Source: an uncultured Gammaproteobacteria bacterium
GTDB lineage: Bacteria > Patescibacteriota > Patescibacteriia > JAHIZJ01
Assembly (NCBI GenBank): GCA_964371245.1
Contig: CAYJKP010000001.1
Span: forward strand, 443,042 to 507,041
DNA length: 64,000 nt
Reading direction: 5' to 3'
Positions 38,379 to 48,040 of this stretch are shown piece by piece; positions within the stretch are counted from its first letter, which is position 1, and the number at the start of each line of letters is the position of its first letter. Below the pieces are notes generated by a model, which saw only the letters and a list, made by a program, of their open reading frames with translations, was not told where the DNA came from and did not search any database. Position numbers and translations under genes: made by a program.

Positions 38379-39382
38379 TATGGCAGTTCGGTTTCATCGA
38401 TACGCTTTTTTATATCTTCCGGTACCTGATCCGGGAATTCATCGATGAGCGCCCTTACTCGTCTCATCGCTTGACCCATGAGCGGGCCCTTTTCAATCCC
38501 ACGTCCAGTCAAGTAGTCAAACAGGCTCGATCCGAAAATTTCACCTTCACGCTTCGCTCGGGCCGCTCGAAGCTCAGCCTCAACCTTCGCTTGTTCAGCT
38601 AATATTTTCCCATCCTCGTATCGCTTCCAGACCGCCTCAGGGTCAAAATGCTCTTTTTCGACATCATGGACAACAGAGAGCTTGCCCTCTGCCAATGTCG
38701 TGTACTGGGTCCCCAGACCGTCAACTTTTATCACTAAAGCCAAGAGATTGAGCGTTTCGCGGCGTTGGACATCGTCAGCGCCGAACGACTCTATAATCGG
38801 CACAATCTTAACAGGATTCATAATCAGGAGATCGGTCCGCATATGGTTTTGAATGACCGTCATGGCCCGATCAAGCCGCTCACCCGCCAGGCCGTTCGAC
38901 GCCAATGAACGATTGATATCATCGAGCCGCGCCTCCGTGTGGCCCATCATCGCCACTTGGAGCTTTCCTTTCTCAGCGCGCTCCTGCGTTCTTCCTTTAT
39001 TCCAGGGAAAACGGATTGCCACGGTTTTTCCGAGGTCATGATACAAAAGTATCAGCCGAAGCTCTTCGTTCTGGTCAGCTGGCAGGCCTAATTTTTCCAA
39101 TTCATGCAAACACCGCCGCGTATGGTCCCAGACGGTTCTTCCCTCGGAATGCGTGATGGACGTTATCCCTGCCTTTTCCATGGCAGTCTTCAATCGTTCC
39201 GGATCATCGAGCGAGCCTTCAATGTCAGCATAGCCGCGAGGCAGGTTTGGAAGACGCTGCATTTCTTGTGCGGCGGCGATATTTTCACGATTCGCCTCAA
39301 TGCCCAATTCACGCAACTGGATTGCGAAAGTCTCATCCCCGGATTCTATTGACCGTGGTCCGTTTTCTCCAGGTATACGCAT
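38378..39382 (-). CDS. HD-domain protein resembling the HD and tail regions of CCA-adding enzymes
   Basis: Motifs HSEG.TVWDHT, LYHDLGK, GH, NHM and C-terminal GIEKGPLMG. No nucleotidyltransferase head motif seen. Confidence 0.65.
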   Translation of the reverse strand: MRIPGENGPRSIESGDETFAIQLRELGIEANRENIAAAQEMQRLPNLPRGYADIEGSLDDPERLKTAMEKAGITSITHSEGRTVWDHTRRCLHELEKLGLPADQNEELRLILLYHDLGKTVAIRFPWNKGRTQERAEKGKLQVAMMGHTEARLDDINRSLASNGLAGERLDRAMTVIQNHMRTDLLIMNPVKIVPIIESFGADDVQRRETLNLLALVIKVDGLGTQYTTLAEGKLSVVHDVEKEHFDPEAVWKRYEDGKILAEQAKVEAELRAARAKREGEIFGSSLFDYLTGRGIEKGPLMGQAMRRVRALIDEFPDQVPEDIKKRIDETELP

Positions 39383-39383
39383 G

Positions 39384-40679
39384 TTATTTCGTTAATATCT
39401 TTGGCAGCGACAGACCGCCCTTCTCCGTTTGATAGTTTTCGATGAGGGCGATCAGCGTCCGTCCCATGGCAAACGCCGTACCATTAATAGTGTGGACCAG
39501 CTCGGAATGTTTGCCATCTGAATATTTGGTATTCAAACGACGAGCTTGAAAGTCTGTTGAGTTTGACGTTGAATGGGTTTCCCGGTACTCCCCTTTTCCA
39601 TCATTTTGACCTGGCAGCCAGCTCTCGATGTCAAATTGTTCCGCGTCCGTCGAAACCATGTCGCCGGTGCACACGTGAACAACGCGATACGGCAATTTCA
39701 GTTCCTGCATCAGCGCTTCCTGGATGGCGAGAAAAAAGCGATGTTCTTCCCTCGATAGGTCGGGTTGGGAGAATGAAAACATTTCCAGCTTGTCGAATTG
39801 GTGAACGCGCAATATACCCTTGGTATCTTTGCCGTAGCTGCCGGCCTCTCGCCGGAAATTTGTCGAGTAGCCAATAAACCGTATCGGCAATTGTTCCGCC
39901 GTGAGCGTTTCATTTTGATAGTATGGACCGAGTGTGTGTTCAGCACTACCGATCAAATAGAGGTTGTCCTTTGGAAGATGATAGCGTTCTTCTTCTTGTC
40001 CGGGATCGAGCTTGCCCATCGCCCGGAATACCTCCATCCGGATCATGTCAGGCGGCAAAACCGGAACAAATGCCTGTGACGGTACGGACAGTTTTGCCTT
40101 CTTGATAACCTTTGACAGCCACGCTTCGTTTGTTAATCGAGACAGCGTGAATTGGATCAGGGCGAACTGTGCCATAACAAGCTGCCCTTTGAGATAGCCG
40201 AAACGTGTTCCCGAAACGCGCGCCGCGCGATCAGTATCGATCAGATCAAGATTTGACGCTATTTCAAAATAATCCTTTGGTTTATACGAAAATGTCTTTT
40301 TTTGGCCAACGTTACGTAAAACCTTATTATCGGCTTCATTTTTGCCCACCGGAACATCCTCAAAGGGCACATTCGGCAATTTATACATTATGGCTGTAAA
40401 CTCCTCACTGGCGAGCTCCAGGGCTTTCTCAGAAGACTTTAAAGACTCTTTGAGTTTCTGGGCATTCAAAATCTTTGCTTGTTTTTCGGACGGGTTGGCC
40501 GTGCTTATCTCTTTAGCTGCTTTATTCATTACCGCGCGCAAATCATCTACTTTGGCGATGAGCAGCTTTCGCTCATTATCTAATTTTAATAATTTCGGTA
40601 TTGCCACAGTACAACCACGATTTTTTAAACCTTCGGCATAGCGGTCAGGTTCTAAACGAATTTTTTTTATGTCTAACAT
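39384..40679 (-). CDS. serS: Serine--tRNA ligase
   Basis: MLDIK.IR, coiled-coil arm, FRREAGSYGKD..G..RVHQF.K.E, NGTAFA. Confidence 0.97.
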   Translation of the reverse strand: MLDIKKIRLEPDRYAEGLKNRGCTVAIPKLLKLDNERKLLIAKVDDLRAVMNKAAKEISTANPSEKQAKILNAQKLKESLKSSEKALELASEEFTAIMYKLPNVPFEDVPVGKNEADNKVLRNVGQKKTFSYKPKDYFEIASNLDLIDTDRAARVSGTRFGYLKGQLVMAQFALIQFTLSRLTNEAWLSKVIKKAKLSVPSQAFVPVLPPDMIRMEVFRAMGKLDPGQEEERYHLPKDNLYLIGSAEHTLGPYYQNETLTAEQLPIRFIGYSTNFRREAGSYGKDTKGILRVHQFDKLEMFSFSQPDLSREEHRFFLAIQEALMQELKLPYRVVHVCTGDMVSTDAEQFDIESWLPGQNDGKGEYRETHSTSNSTDFQARRLNTKYSDGKHSELVHTINGTAFAMGRTLIALIENYQTEKGGLSLPKILTK

Positions 40680-40685
40680 AGTATT

Positions 40686-41237
40686 TTACAATTCTAATTC
40701 TTGAGAAACTGATTGTAAGGCGGTCAGGCAATTATTAATATGTTCATCAAGCGGTATCTCTATTTCATTCGCGCCTTGGATAATATCCTCGCGCCGTATT
40801 TGACGCGCGAACGCCTTGTCTTTCATTTTTTTCTTTATTGACGCTAGCGTGACGTCGGCTAACTTTTTTGACGGCCTGACCAGGGTCACGGCGATAATCA
40901 AGCCACAAAGCTCATCGCAGGCGAACAAGGTTTTTGCCATCTTCGTTATTCTCGGTACGCCGGAATAATCAGCATGACCGAGAATCGCTTCAATAACTTC
41001 ATCTGGATAACCGTGCGTCCTGAGAATCTGCGCTCCCTTTAATGGATGATCGGGCGCATTGGGATACATTTCATAATCAAAATCATGCAGCAAGCCGGTA
41101 ATGCTCCATAGCTCTTCATCCTCATTTTTATGCTGTGCATACCACCGCATGGCTGCCTCAACAGCCAAGCCATGTTTAATGAGGTTTGGAGTCTTAGTAT
41201 GCTCCTTCAGTAATTGTAAGGCCTCAGCTCGGTTCAT
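40686..41237 (-). CDS. HDIG-type HD hydrolase
   Basis: Motifs LIKH...VEAAM, GLLHDFDY, AILGH, DELCG, K.K.FA. Start at 41237 (alternative 41252) overlaps the lysS 3' end. Confidence 0.88.
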   Translation of the reverse strand: MNRAEALQLLKEHTKTPNLIKHGLAVEAAMRWYAQHKNEDEELWSITGLLHDFDYEMYPNAPDHPLKGAQILRTHGYPDEVIEAILGHADYSGVPRITKMAKTLFACDELCGLIIAVTLVRPSKKLADVTLASIKKKMKDKAFARQIRREDIIQGANEIEIPLDEHINNCLTALQSVSQELEL

Positions 41238-42705
41238 GTGTTTCTTTTTCATAATCTTTCATCGGCGGGAAAAGAACGGTTTCGCGAACCGGCTTGTCCA
41301 TGATGACGGCGAAGAGACGTTCCGATAGGCCAAAGCCGGCCGCCGGCGGTAGGCCGTATTCCATCGCCTCAAGATAGTCTTCATCGAGACGCTGCGCTTC
41401 CGTATCACCGGCCGCCCGAAGCGACATTTGTTCTTCAAAACGTTTCCGCTGATCAAGAGGATCATTTAATTCGGAAAAGCCTTTGCCCAACTCCGTGCCC
41501 CAGGCGACAACCTGAAACCGTTGAACGCGGTCAGGCGCGTCAACGCGTCGTTTCGCCAATGGTTCAACAACCGCCGGCGGATCCATGAGAAAACCGGGAT
41601 TAATCAGTTTTGGCCGAACGCATTTCTTATAGACAGCGTCGATCAATCGGCCGTGACCAACATACGCTTCAAGGGCAATGCCTTGCTTTTCAGCAAATTG
41701 ACGCAGTTCTTCGTCTGTGGCCTTCTCGAGATTGCAACCGGTATACTTTTTAAATTCTTTGTAGTAGTCGTATTTTACCCAGGCCTTTTTCCAATCAATG
41801 GTTTGATTGTTATTTGTCACGACCAATGAACCCGTTACTTTCTTAATCACCTCTCGATACAAGCGTTGAACAAACTTCATGAGCTGGTGATAATCGGCAT
41901 ACGACCAATAAAATTCCAATTGCGTATAGTCTTGGAGGTGTTCAGTCGAAATGCCTTCATTTCGGAAGATACGGCCAATCTCAAATACTTTTTCATAGCC
42001 ACCGACCAGGAGTCTTTTTAAAGGTAATTCAAGCGAAATGCGTAAAAAGAGATCGCGGTGCAGCGTATTGTGATGCGTGATAAACGGCTCGGCTTCGGCG
42101 CCGCCAGGGACGTTTTCCAGAACCGGCGTTTCGACTTCCAGGAAACTATTCTTTATCATGAACGATCGGATCGCTTGCCAAAATATCGATTTCTTAACGA
42201 AGAGGTCGCGTGTTTTGGGGTTTACCGCCAGATCGAGATACCGCTTTCGCAAACGTGTTTCGACATCTTTGAGACCGAAATGCGCCTCGGGTATCGCGCG
42301 CAAAGCTTTGGCTAACAACTGGTACGCCTTGGCATCGAGTGTTGGTTGTCCTTGAGTAGTTTTAAATACCGTCCCGGTAAATTCAACGATGTCGCTGGTG
42401 TCTATACAATCGCTGAGTTGTTTAAACTTTTCCTGGCCGAGCCGGTCGAGTTTGCAAAAAATTTGAAAGGTGCCCGTCCCATCTTCAAGGTCATAGAATG
42501 ACGAGCCGCCGTGGCGACGAACTGACCTGACGCGACCGGCTAGAGTAATCGTTTTTTTACTATCTGCATATGCCTGAAAATTATCGATTGCCTGAACAAT
42601 CGTTGTCGTCCGTCCGCTGCTCGATGGATAGGGTTGGACGCCGAGTTTTTCAAGTGATTGTAATTTTTCTAGCCGGAGAGCGCGGCTTTCATCTAAACGA
42701 CTCAT
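41224..42705 (-). CDS. lysS: Lysine--tRNA ligase (class II)
   Basis: OB-fold, R.RYLDL, GGAEAEPF.THHN, FRNEG, ELND, YGLPP..GFG. Confidence 0.97.
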   Translation of the reverse strand: MSRLDESRALRLEKLQSLEKLGVQPYPSSSGRTTTIVQAIDNFQAYADSKKTITLAGRVRSVRRHGGSSFYDLEDGTGTFQIFCKLDRLGQEKFKQLSDCIDTSDIVEFTGTVFKTTQGQPTLDAKAYQLLAKALRAIPEAHFGLKDVETRLRKRYLDLAVNPKTRDLFVKKSIFWQAIRSFMIKNSFLEVETPVLENVPGGAEAEPFITHHNTLHRDLFLRISLELPLKRLLVGGYEKVFEIGRIFRNEGISTEHLQDYTQLEFYWSYADYHQLMKFVQRLYREVIKKVTGSLVVTNNNQTIDWKKAWVKYDYYKEFKKYTGCNLEKATDEELRQFAEKQGIALEAYVGHGRLIDAVYKKCVRPKLINPGFLMDPPAVVEPLAKRRVDAPDRVQRFQVVAWGTELGKGFSELNDPLDQRKRFEEQMSLRAAGDTEAQRLDEDYLEAMEYGLPPAAGFGLSERLFAVIMDKPVRETVLFPPMKDYEKETHEPS

Positions 42706-42816
42706 ACGTATTTCGGTAATTTGTTCTTTATTACTGATATTCGGATACTGCCCATATTTTACTTCATTTGCCGAATTTTTTCAAGAAAAACGCACTTTTT
42801 AAATTATGAAGCCAAC

Positions 42817-42843
42817 AAAAAAACCACCCGATTCGGATGATTT
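42817..42843 (-). terminator. Intrinsic terminator after greA
   Basis: Minus strand AATCATCCG-AAT-CGGGTGGTT followed by a T-tract. Confidence 0.6.
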
Positions 42844-42856
42844 CTTTATTGCCTAT

Positions 42857-43333
42857 CTATTTGATACCGAGAATTTTATAGATAACCTTTCCAGACGGCA
42901 CCTCTATCTCTATTTGTTCGCCAATCTTGTGTCCCAGAAAAGCTTGACCGAGTGGTGACTCGTTTGAAATAAAGCCTTTTTCCGGGTCAGCCTCATTCGA
43001 ACCGACGATCGTATAGGAAAGCTTTTTGTTGTGAGCCTCCAGTTCGACATTGCAGCCGACATGAACAGTGTTATCTTTACCTTGAACAATGCTACTATTA
43101 TCAATAATAGTTACGTTTTTCAAGAGATTCTCTAATTGGGCAATTCTTCCTTCAACAAAAGATTGCTCGTTTTTTGCCTCGGCATATTCTGCGTTTTCTG
43201 ATAAATCGCCCAGCTCTTTGGCATCCTGAATACGATCGGCAATTTCTTTCCGCTTGATGTTCTTTAAATCATCGAGCTCTTTTTTCAACTTAACAAAGCC
43301 CTCGCTCGTTATATATGTTTTTTTATCAGCCAT
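42857..43333 (-). CDS. greA: Transcription elongation factor GreA
   Basis: Motifs GDLSENAEY, IS..SPLG.A. Confidence 0.97.
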   Translation of the reverse strand: MADKKTYITSEGFVKLKKELDDLKNIKRKEIADRIQDAKELGDLSENAEYAEAKNEQSFVEGRIAQLENLLKNVTIIDNSSIVQGKDNTVHVGCNVELEAHNKKLSYTIVGSNEADPEKGFISNESPLGQAFLGHKIGEQIEIEVPSGKVIYKILGIK

Positions 43334-43449
43334 GATATTTCGTTTTTTAAAAAAAGCCCTTCGTGCAAGTAAAATATTTTATTCGGAAATTGAGTAGACT
43401 ATAGTTTAAAAACAAATTCGGTCTTTTGTCAATAGACTTATCCACATAA

Positions 43450-45402
43450 CTATCGTTTACCATAATACCAAGTAAGAAAATCCTTGGCAACAGGCAAAGC
43501 AACAGCGTTTCCTTCTCCGCCGCCTTCTATCAGAACAGTGATGACAATCTCGGGATTATCATATGGCGCAAAACCGGTAAACCAGGCATGCGTTTTATCG
43601 TCAGAATACTGTGCTGTGCCTGTTTTCCCAGCTGAGGTTACTGGTAAATCTTGGAGTGAACGAGAACTGCCTGTTAGCACGCCTTCACGTAACCCCTGTC
43701 GAACCGGCTGAATCGACGTTTTTGGCAATATTTGTTCTTGAATAATCTGAGGATTCTGATACGTAACGGCATGGGTTATCGGATCAATGGTTGATCGAAC
43801 CACATGTGGCTGATAAAAGGTGCCGCCATTGGCCATAATTGCCGTCAAATTTGCAATTTGAAGCGGCGTCACGAGCAGGTCGCCCTGGCCGATGGCGAGG
43901 TGGTAGGTATCGCCGATATACCAACTTTCTTTCTTCACTCTTTCTTTCCATTCTTTGTCTGGCAGAAAACCGGTTGCCTCGCCGCTCATATCGATGCCGA
44001 GCGTCTTACCGAAGCCAAACTTGTCGGCATATTCTTTTATCTTCTCAACGCCCAAACCCTTGATATCTTCATAGCCGCCACCGATCGCATAGAAGAACGT
44101 GTTGACTGATTCCGATAACGCCTTCGTCAGATTTGTCACGCCATGGCCGCCAGCTTTCCAATCAGGAAAAAACCATTTGTCGATCTTAATACCACCGGTG
44201 CTCGTGACCGTTGTGCTCGGCGTAATATTTCCCTCGTTCAGCGCTGCGCTCGCAATAAGCGGTTTGATCGTTGACCCGGATGGATATTCGCCGCTGAGCG
44301 GCCGATTAAATAATGGCTGTCTCGGATCGGCGATTAACTGCTGGTATTGTTCATTTGTCAGACCGCCCGAAAAAACGTTGTTATCATAGGTTGGCGAGGT
44401 AACGAGTGCGAGTATCTCACCATTGCGCGGGTCGAGGGCAATCGCGGCACCACCCGTTTTCTGGAGTCGGTTCACTTGGTCGTCGAGTAGTTGCTGGAGC
44501 TTGTTCTGGTAATCCTTATCAATCGATAATATTAGATTCATGCCTGGCTGGGGCTGTTCTGACGCGATCACTTTTTTTACTTTGCCCATCGAGTCGACTT
44601 CAACGTGATTGCGTCCATAGGTGCCTCGAAGCACGTCTTCATAATATTTTTCTACCCCAACCTTGCCGATAACGTCATCGGCCTGATAATTTTTATCGAG
44701 ATAGCTTTTTTGTTCCGCCTCGTTTATTTTCCCGGTATACCCGAGGATATTTGAAAATACGTTTCCGCCGAGATATTTTCTGCCCGATTCGGCTGAGATC
44801 GCAATACCCGGCAATTGATTACTTTCGATTTTTAATTTAATCGCATGATTGATATCAATATGCTCCGCGAGCATGAGCGGTTGATAGACAGTTATTTTTT
44901 TTTGATCGTTTTTACTCACCTCGGTTAAATAGCTGTCGACCTTTTCCTGGATGACCTTCTCATCTAAATCCAGGGTTTTCGAGACGCTCGAAAGAACCTG
45001 GACGCGTTCAGTATTATCTTTAGGCAAATCACCGGGCACGACAAAAAGGGTAAAATTGGGAACGTTTTCTACGAGTGGCTTCTCATTACGATCGAGTATC
45101 AATCCCCGGGGCGGTTTTATCCACTGAATTCGGACGCGATTGCCTTCAGCAATTTCACGGTATTGAGCTCCCTGCGCCATCTGCAATTCGATCGTGCGCA
45201 CCCCAAGGGTAATAAAACAGGCAATAATTATATAAATAATTATGTTCAGCTTGCCAAACGGAACATGAAGTCGTAATGATTCCCGTTCAGCGTCCTCGGG
45301 CCGATATTCGTCGCCTTGAGAATGATTAAAATTATAGTCTCTAACCAGACGTTTTTTTATATCGTCAGTTTGACCGTATATTTCAAATGGGTTTATTGGC
45401 AT
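43450..45402 (-). CDS. mrdA: Penicillin-binding protein 2
   Basis: PPRG.I.DRN dimerisation domain; STIK, SVN and KTG motifs; follows mreBCD. Confidence 0.95.
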   Translation of the reverse strand: MPINPFEIYGQTDDIKKRLVRDYNFNHSQGDEYRPEDAERESLRLHVPFGKLNIIIYIIIACFITLGVRTIELQMAQGAQYREIAEGNRVRIQWIKPPRGLILDRNEKPLVENVPNFTLFVVPGDLPKDNTERVQVLSSVSKTLDLDEKVIQEKVDSYLTEVSKNDQKKITVYQPLMLAEHIDINHAIKLKIESNQLPGIAISAESGRKYLGGNVFSNILGYTGKINEAEQKSYLDKNYQADDVIGKVGVEKYYEDVLRGTYGRNHVEVDSMGKVKKVIASEQPQPGMNLILSIDKDYQNKLQQLLDDQVNRLQKTGGAAIALDPRNGEILALVTSPTYDNNVFSGGLTNEQYQQLIADPRQPLFNRPLSGEYPSGSTIKPLIASAALNEGNITPSTTVTSTGGIKIDKWFFPDWKAGGHGVTNLTKALSESVNTFFYAIGGGYEDIKGLGVEKIKEYADKFGFGKTLGIDMSGEATGFLPDKEWKERVKKESWYIGDTYHLAIGQGDLLVTPLQIANLTAIMANGGTFYQPHVVRSTIDPITHAVTYQNPQIIQEQILPKTSIQPVRQGLREGVLTGSSRSLQDLPVTSAGKTGTAQYSDDKTHAWFTGFAPYDNPEIVITVLIEGGGEGNAVALPVAKDFLTWYYGKR

Positions 45403-45407
45403 GGTGA

Positions 45408-45929
45408 TTATGATTTTTGAATGAGGAATCGATCGCGAAAACGCTTTACGGCCTGATTAAAAACCAAATAGCATAAAACGCACGTCACGGTTGTGGCAAA
45501 CGCCTGACTCAGCATTGCCACCGGATAAAATATGAGGTGCGTCGGATCAGAAGCGAAGAATATCCAGACTTGCGAAATGCCGTATAATAAGAGCGCGTAA
45601 ACAAGGCACATCAACACTACTAATAGGATGAGCGTAAGGCCGGTGCGATGTGAAAAATAATTCAGATACAGAAAATAGGCAACCAACGCCGTACCAAGCA
45701 AAGAAATTGTAATGACGCCGATCGGTAGGCTTGAAAATATGTCCGCCAGTAAACCGAGTATTGCCGTCCAAATAAAATAATTCCTCGTCTTCAACGTGAT
45801 GAGAAAATACAGGGTGGCAATAATTAATATATTAATGCCAGAGGGAAGCGGAAAAAATATTGGCACAATCGATGTTTGCGCAACCACGAAAAATAGGACG
45901 AGCAATAATATCCCAAACTGTTTAATCAT
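45408..45929 (-). CDS. mreD: Rod shape-determining protein MreD
   Basis: About 5 TM segments, GLLADIFS..P.G motif, located between mreC and mrdA. Confidence 0.8.
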   Translation of the reverse strand: MIKQFGILLLVLFFVVAQTSIVPIFFPLPSGINILIIATLYFLITLKTRNYFIWTAILGLLADIFSSLPIGVITISLLGTALVAYFLYLNYFSHRTGLTLILLVVLMCLVYALLLYGISQVWIFFASDPTHLIFYPVAMLSQAFATTVTCVLCYLVFNQAVKRFRDRFLIQKS

Positions 45930-46737
45930 TGATTATCGTTTGCGGGATAATAACCGAGATAATTTGGAGATGGTCAAACCTGATCGGGGACGTAACGACG
46001 GCACTCTGAAATATGTCGCCTGGATTTATGGCCGTAGCGCTGATCGTCCCGATCACAATCCCCTGCGGTATATTCGATTCCAACCCCGAGGTAATAACAA
46101 TCTGATCGCGCGTGATAATTTCATTTTGCGGAATAAGTTGCATTTCAAGCGAGAGGCCATGTTGTCCGATGACAATGCCGGGCGCATTCGTATCGTTCTG
46201 AACGGTTGCGGCAACTTCACTTTGACGGTCGATGATGAGTCGTACTTTTGAGATTGAATCGCGTGATTCAATGACCTTGCCGATTAAATAGCCGTTTTGT
46301 GAAATAACGGCATACCCCTCGTTTATACCGTTATTTGTACCGATATTTATCAGTATTTCTTCCGTCATCGAATCACTGGTACGCCCGATGATTCGCGAAA
46401 CAACCCCGTGATACCCCTTGTTTTTTAGAAATTCTTCTTCTTGGCGCGTAATCGTGAGTTCGCGTATTTCTGAATCTAAAAGACTTTTTTCTTGGATCAA
46501 TTTGTCGCGCTCAGCGCGCAAGCTTTCATTTTCCTTCTGGAGATCGTTAAACGCCTCCCTCTTCTCAAGATATTTGTGAATCGTGCTCGAAAAGATAAAC
46601 GTATTGCCCTGGATCGGTTTCAAAATAACGGTCACGAGGTCTGTCAGCGGGTTAAAAACACCGCTTGTTCGAAATAAAAAAACAACCATCAGAGCCAGAA
46701 TAATAATACCGCCGATAAGCGTATATCTTTTTTTCAT
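45922..46737 (-). CDS. mreC: Rod shape-determining protein MreC
   Basis: TM, coiled coil (ENE.LR), I..G...GI..G.AV, V.TSGL....P.GI.IG. Confidence 0.93.
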   Translation of the reverse strand: MKKRYTLIGGIIILALMVVFLFRTSGVFNPLTDLVTVILKPIQGNTFIFSSTIHKYLEKREAFNDLQKENESLRAERDKLIQEKSLLDSEIRELTITRQEEEFLKNKGYHGVVSRIIGRTSDSMTEEILINIGTNNGINEGYAVISQNGYLIGKVIESRDSISKVRLIIDRQSEVAATVQNDTNAPGIVIGQHGLSLEMQLIPQNEIITRDQIVITSGLESNIPQGIVIGTISATAINPGDIFQSAVVTSPIRFDHLQIISVIIPQTIIND

Positions 46738-46742
46738 GGGTT

Positions 46743-47795
46743 CTATTCCTCGTGAGTAGACAACGAGAGAATGCCTTTGAGGTTATCAAGATCCTCGAGC
46801 ACGATGCCGGTGCCCCGAACAAGGCAGGTCAAGGGATCATCGGCAATATGAACGGGTATTTGTGTTTCGTGTTGGATGACACGGTCGAGCCCCCGCAGCA
46901 GCGCGCCGCCACCGGTTAATACCAAGCCGCGCTCGAAGATATCGGCCACCAATTCCGGCGGCGTTGATTCGATAGTGTCTTTGATATTTTCGATTATCAT
47001 TCGAATTGAGCGCTGGATCGCTTCCTGAACATGATAGCTATTGATTGTAACCTCGCGCGGCAAACCGGACAACAGATCGCGACCGCGCATTTTTGTTTCG
47101 AGCGGTTCGGTGATATCGCCAACCATGGCAACCTTTATTTTTACATTTTCGGCCGTTTGTTCGCCCAAGAGCAAATTAAAGTTTTCGCGCGCATACTGAA
47201 TGATATTTTGGTCCAATTCGTCGCCAGCGATTCTGAGCGATCGCCAGGTGATAACACCACCTAACGAAATAACGGCTATTTCCGTCGTGCCCCCGCCGAT
47301 ATCGACGATCATGTTTCCGGAAGCGTCTTGAATCGGTAACCGCGCCCCTATCGCCGCCGCCATCGGTTCTTCAATCAGAAAAACTTGACGCGCCCCGGCG
47401 TTCAGTGTGGCATCTTCAACGGCTTTCAATTCCACTTCGGTTATCCCTTGGGGCACCCCGATAACAATTCTCGGTCGCGGCACCACCGTGTAGGTTTCAC
47501 GATGTACTTTTTCAATAAAATGTCTGAGCATCCGTTCGGTAATTTCAAAGTCGGAAATTACTCCATGTATCAGCGCTTTGCTGGCTACAATATGAGCGGG
47601 CGTCTTCCCCACCATCCGGCGCGCTTCTTCACCGACCGCGACAATTTGATCAGTGCGCGTGTTAATCGCGACAATTGATGGCTCATTAATCACAATCCCC
47701 TTGTCTTTTATGTAGACAAGCGTATTCGAGGTACCCAAATCAATTCCCATGTCTTTTGAGAAGCGTCCAAAAAAGCGATTGAAGATATTGATCAT
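46743..47795 (-). CDS. mreB: Rod shape-determining protein MreB
   Basis: Motifs GIDLGT, EPMAAAIGA, DIGGGTTE, TGGGALL. Confidence 0.97.
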   Translation of the reverse strand: MINIFNRFFGRFSKDMGIDLGTSNTLVYIKDKGIVINEPSIVAINTRTDQIVAVGEEARRMVGKTPAHIVASKALIHGVISDFEITERMLRHFIEKVHRETYTVVPRPRIVIGVPQGITEVELKAVEDATLNAGARQVFLIEEPMAAAIGARLPIQDASGNMIVDIGGGTTEIAVISLGGVITWRSLRIAGDELDQNIIQYARENFNLLLGEQTAENVKIKVAMVGDITEPLETKMRGRDLLSGLPREVTINSYHVQEAIQRSIRMIIENIKDTIESTPPELVADIFERGLVLTGGGALLRGLDRVIQHETQIPVHIADDPLTCLVRGTGIVLEDLDNLKGILSLSTHEE

Positions 47796-48040
47796 GAAAC
47801 CAGCATATTCATTAATTCTATTTCGCTCATCATTTTGGCTTGTCGTTTTGACCGTCTTTTTTCCTCTATCTGACCATTTGTTTTCGGGCTGACCAGGAGA
47901 CGATACGGAATTCCCAATGAATCGGCATCATTCAGCTTTTGGCCCGGGCTTGCATTTCGGTCATCGAATAGTATCTCAACGCCCTTTTTTACGCAAGCGT
48001 TATATATCTCTTCGGCCAGCGTAAGACAACTTTTTAGCCA
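47792..48040 (-). pseudogene. proS: Start-less remnant of the prolyl-tRNA synthetase anticodon-binding domain (proS fragment or frameshift extension)
   Basis: Manual translation: WLKSCLTLAEEIYNACVKKGVEILFDDRNASPGQKLNDADSLGIPYRLLVSPKT...LVS*. Stop overlaps the mreB ATG (ATGA). No in-frame ATG/GTG/TTG between the upstream stop at 48142 and the domain start. Confidence 0.8.

Noticed and set aside
40060-40150. Short insertion in SerRS (NEAWLSKVIKKAKLSVPSQ) as a possible intein or intron
   Set aside because: Too short, in frame, and lacks splice-junction residues; most likely a lineage-specific loop.
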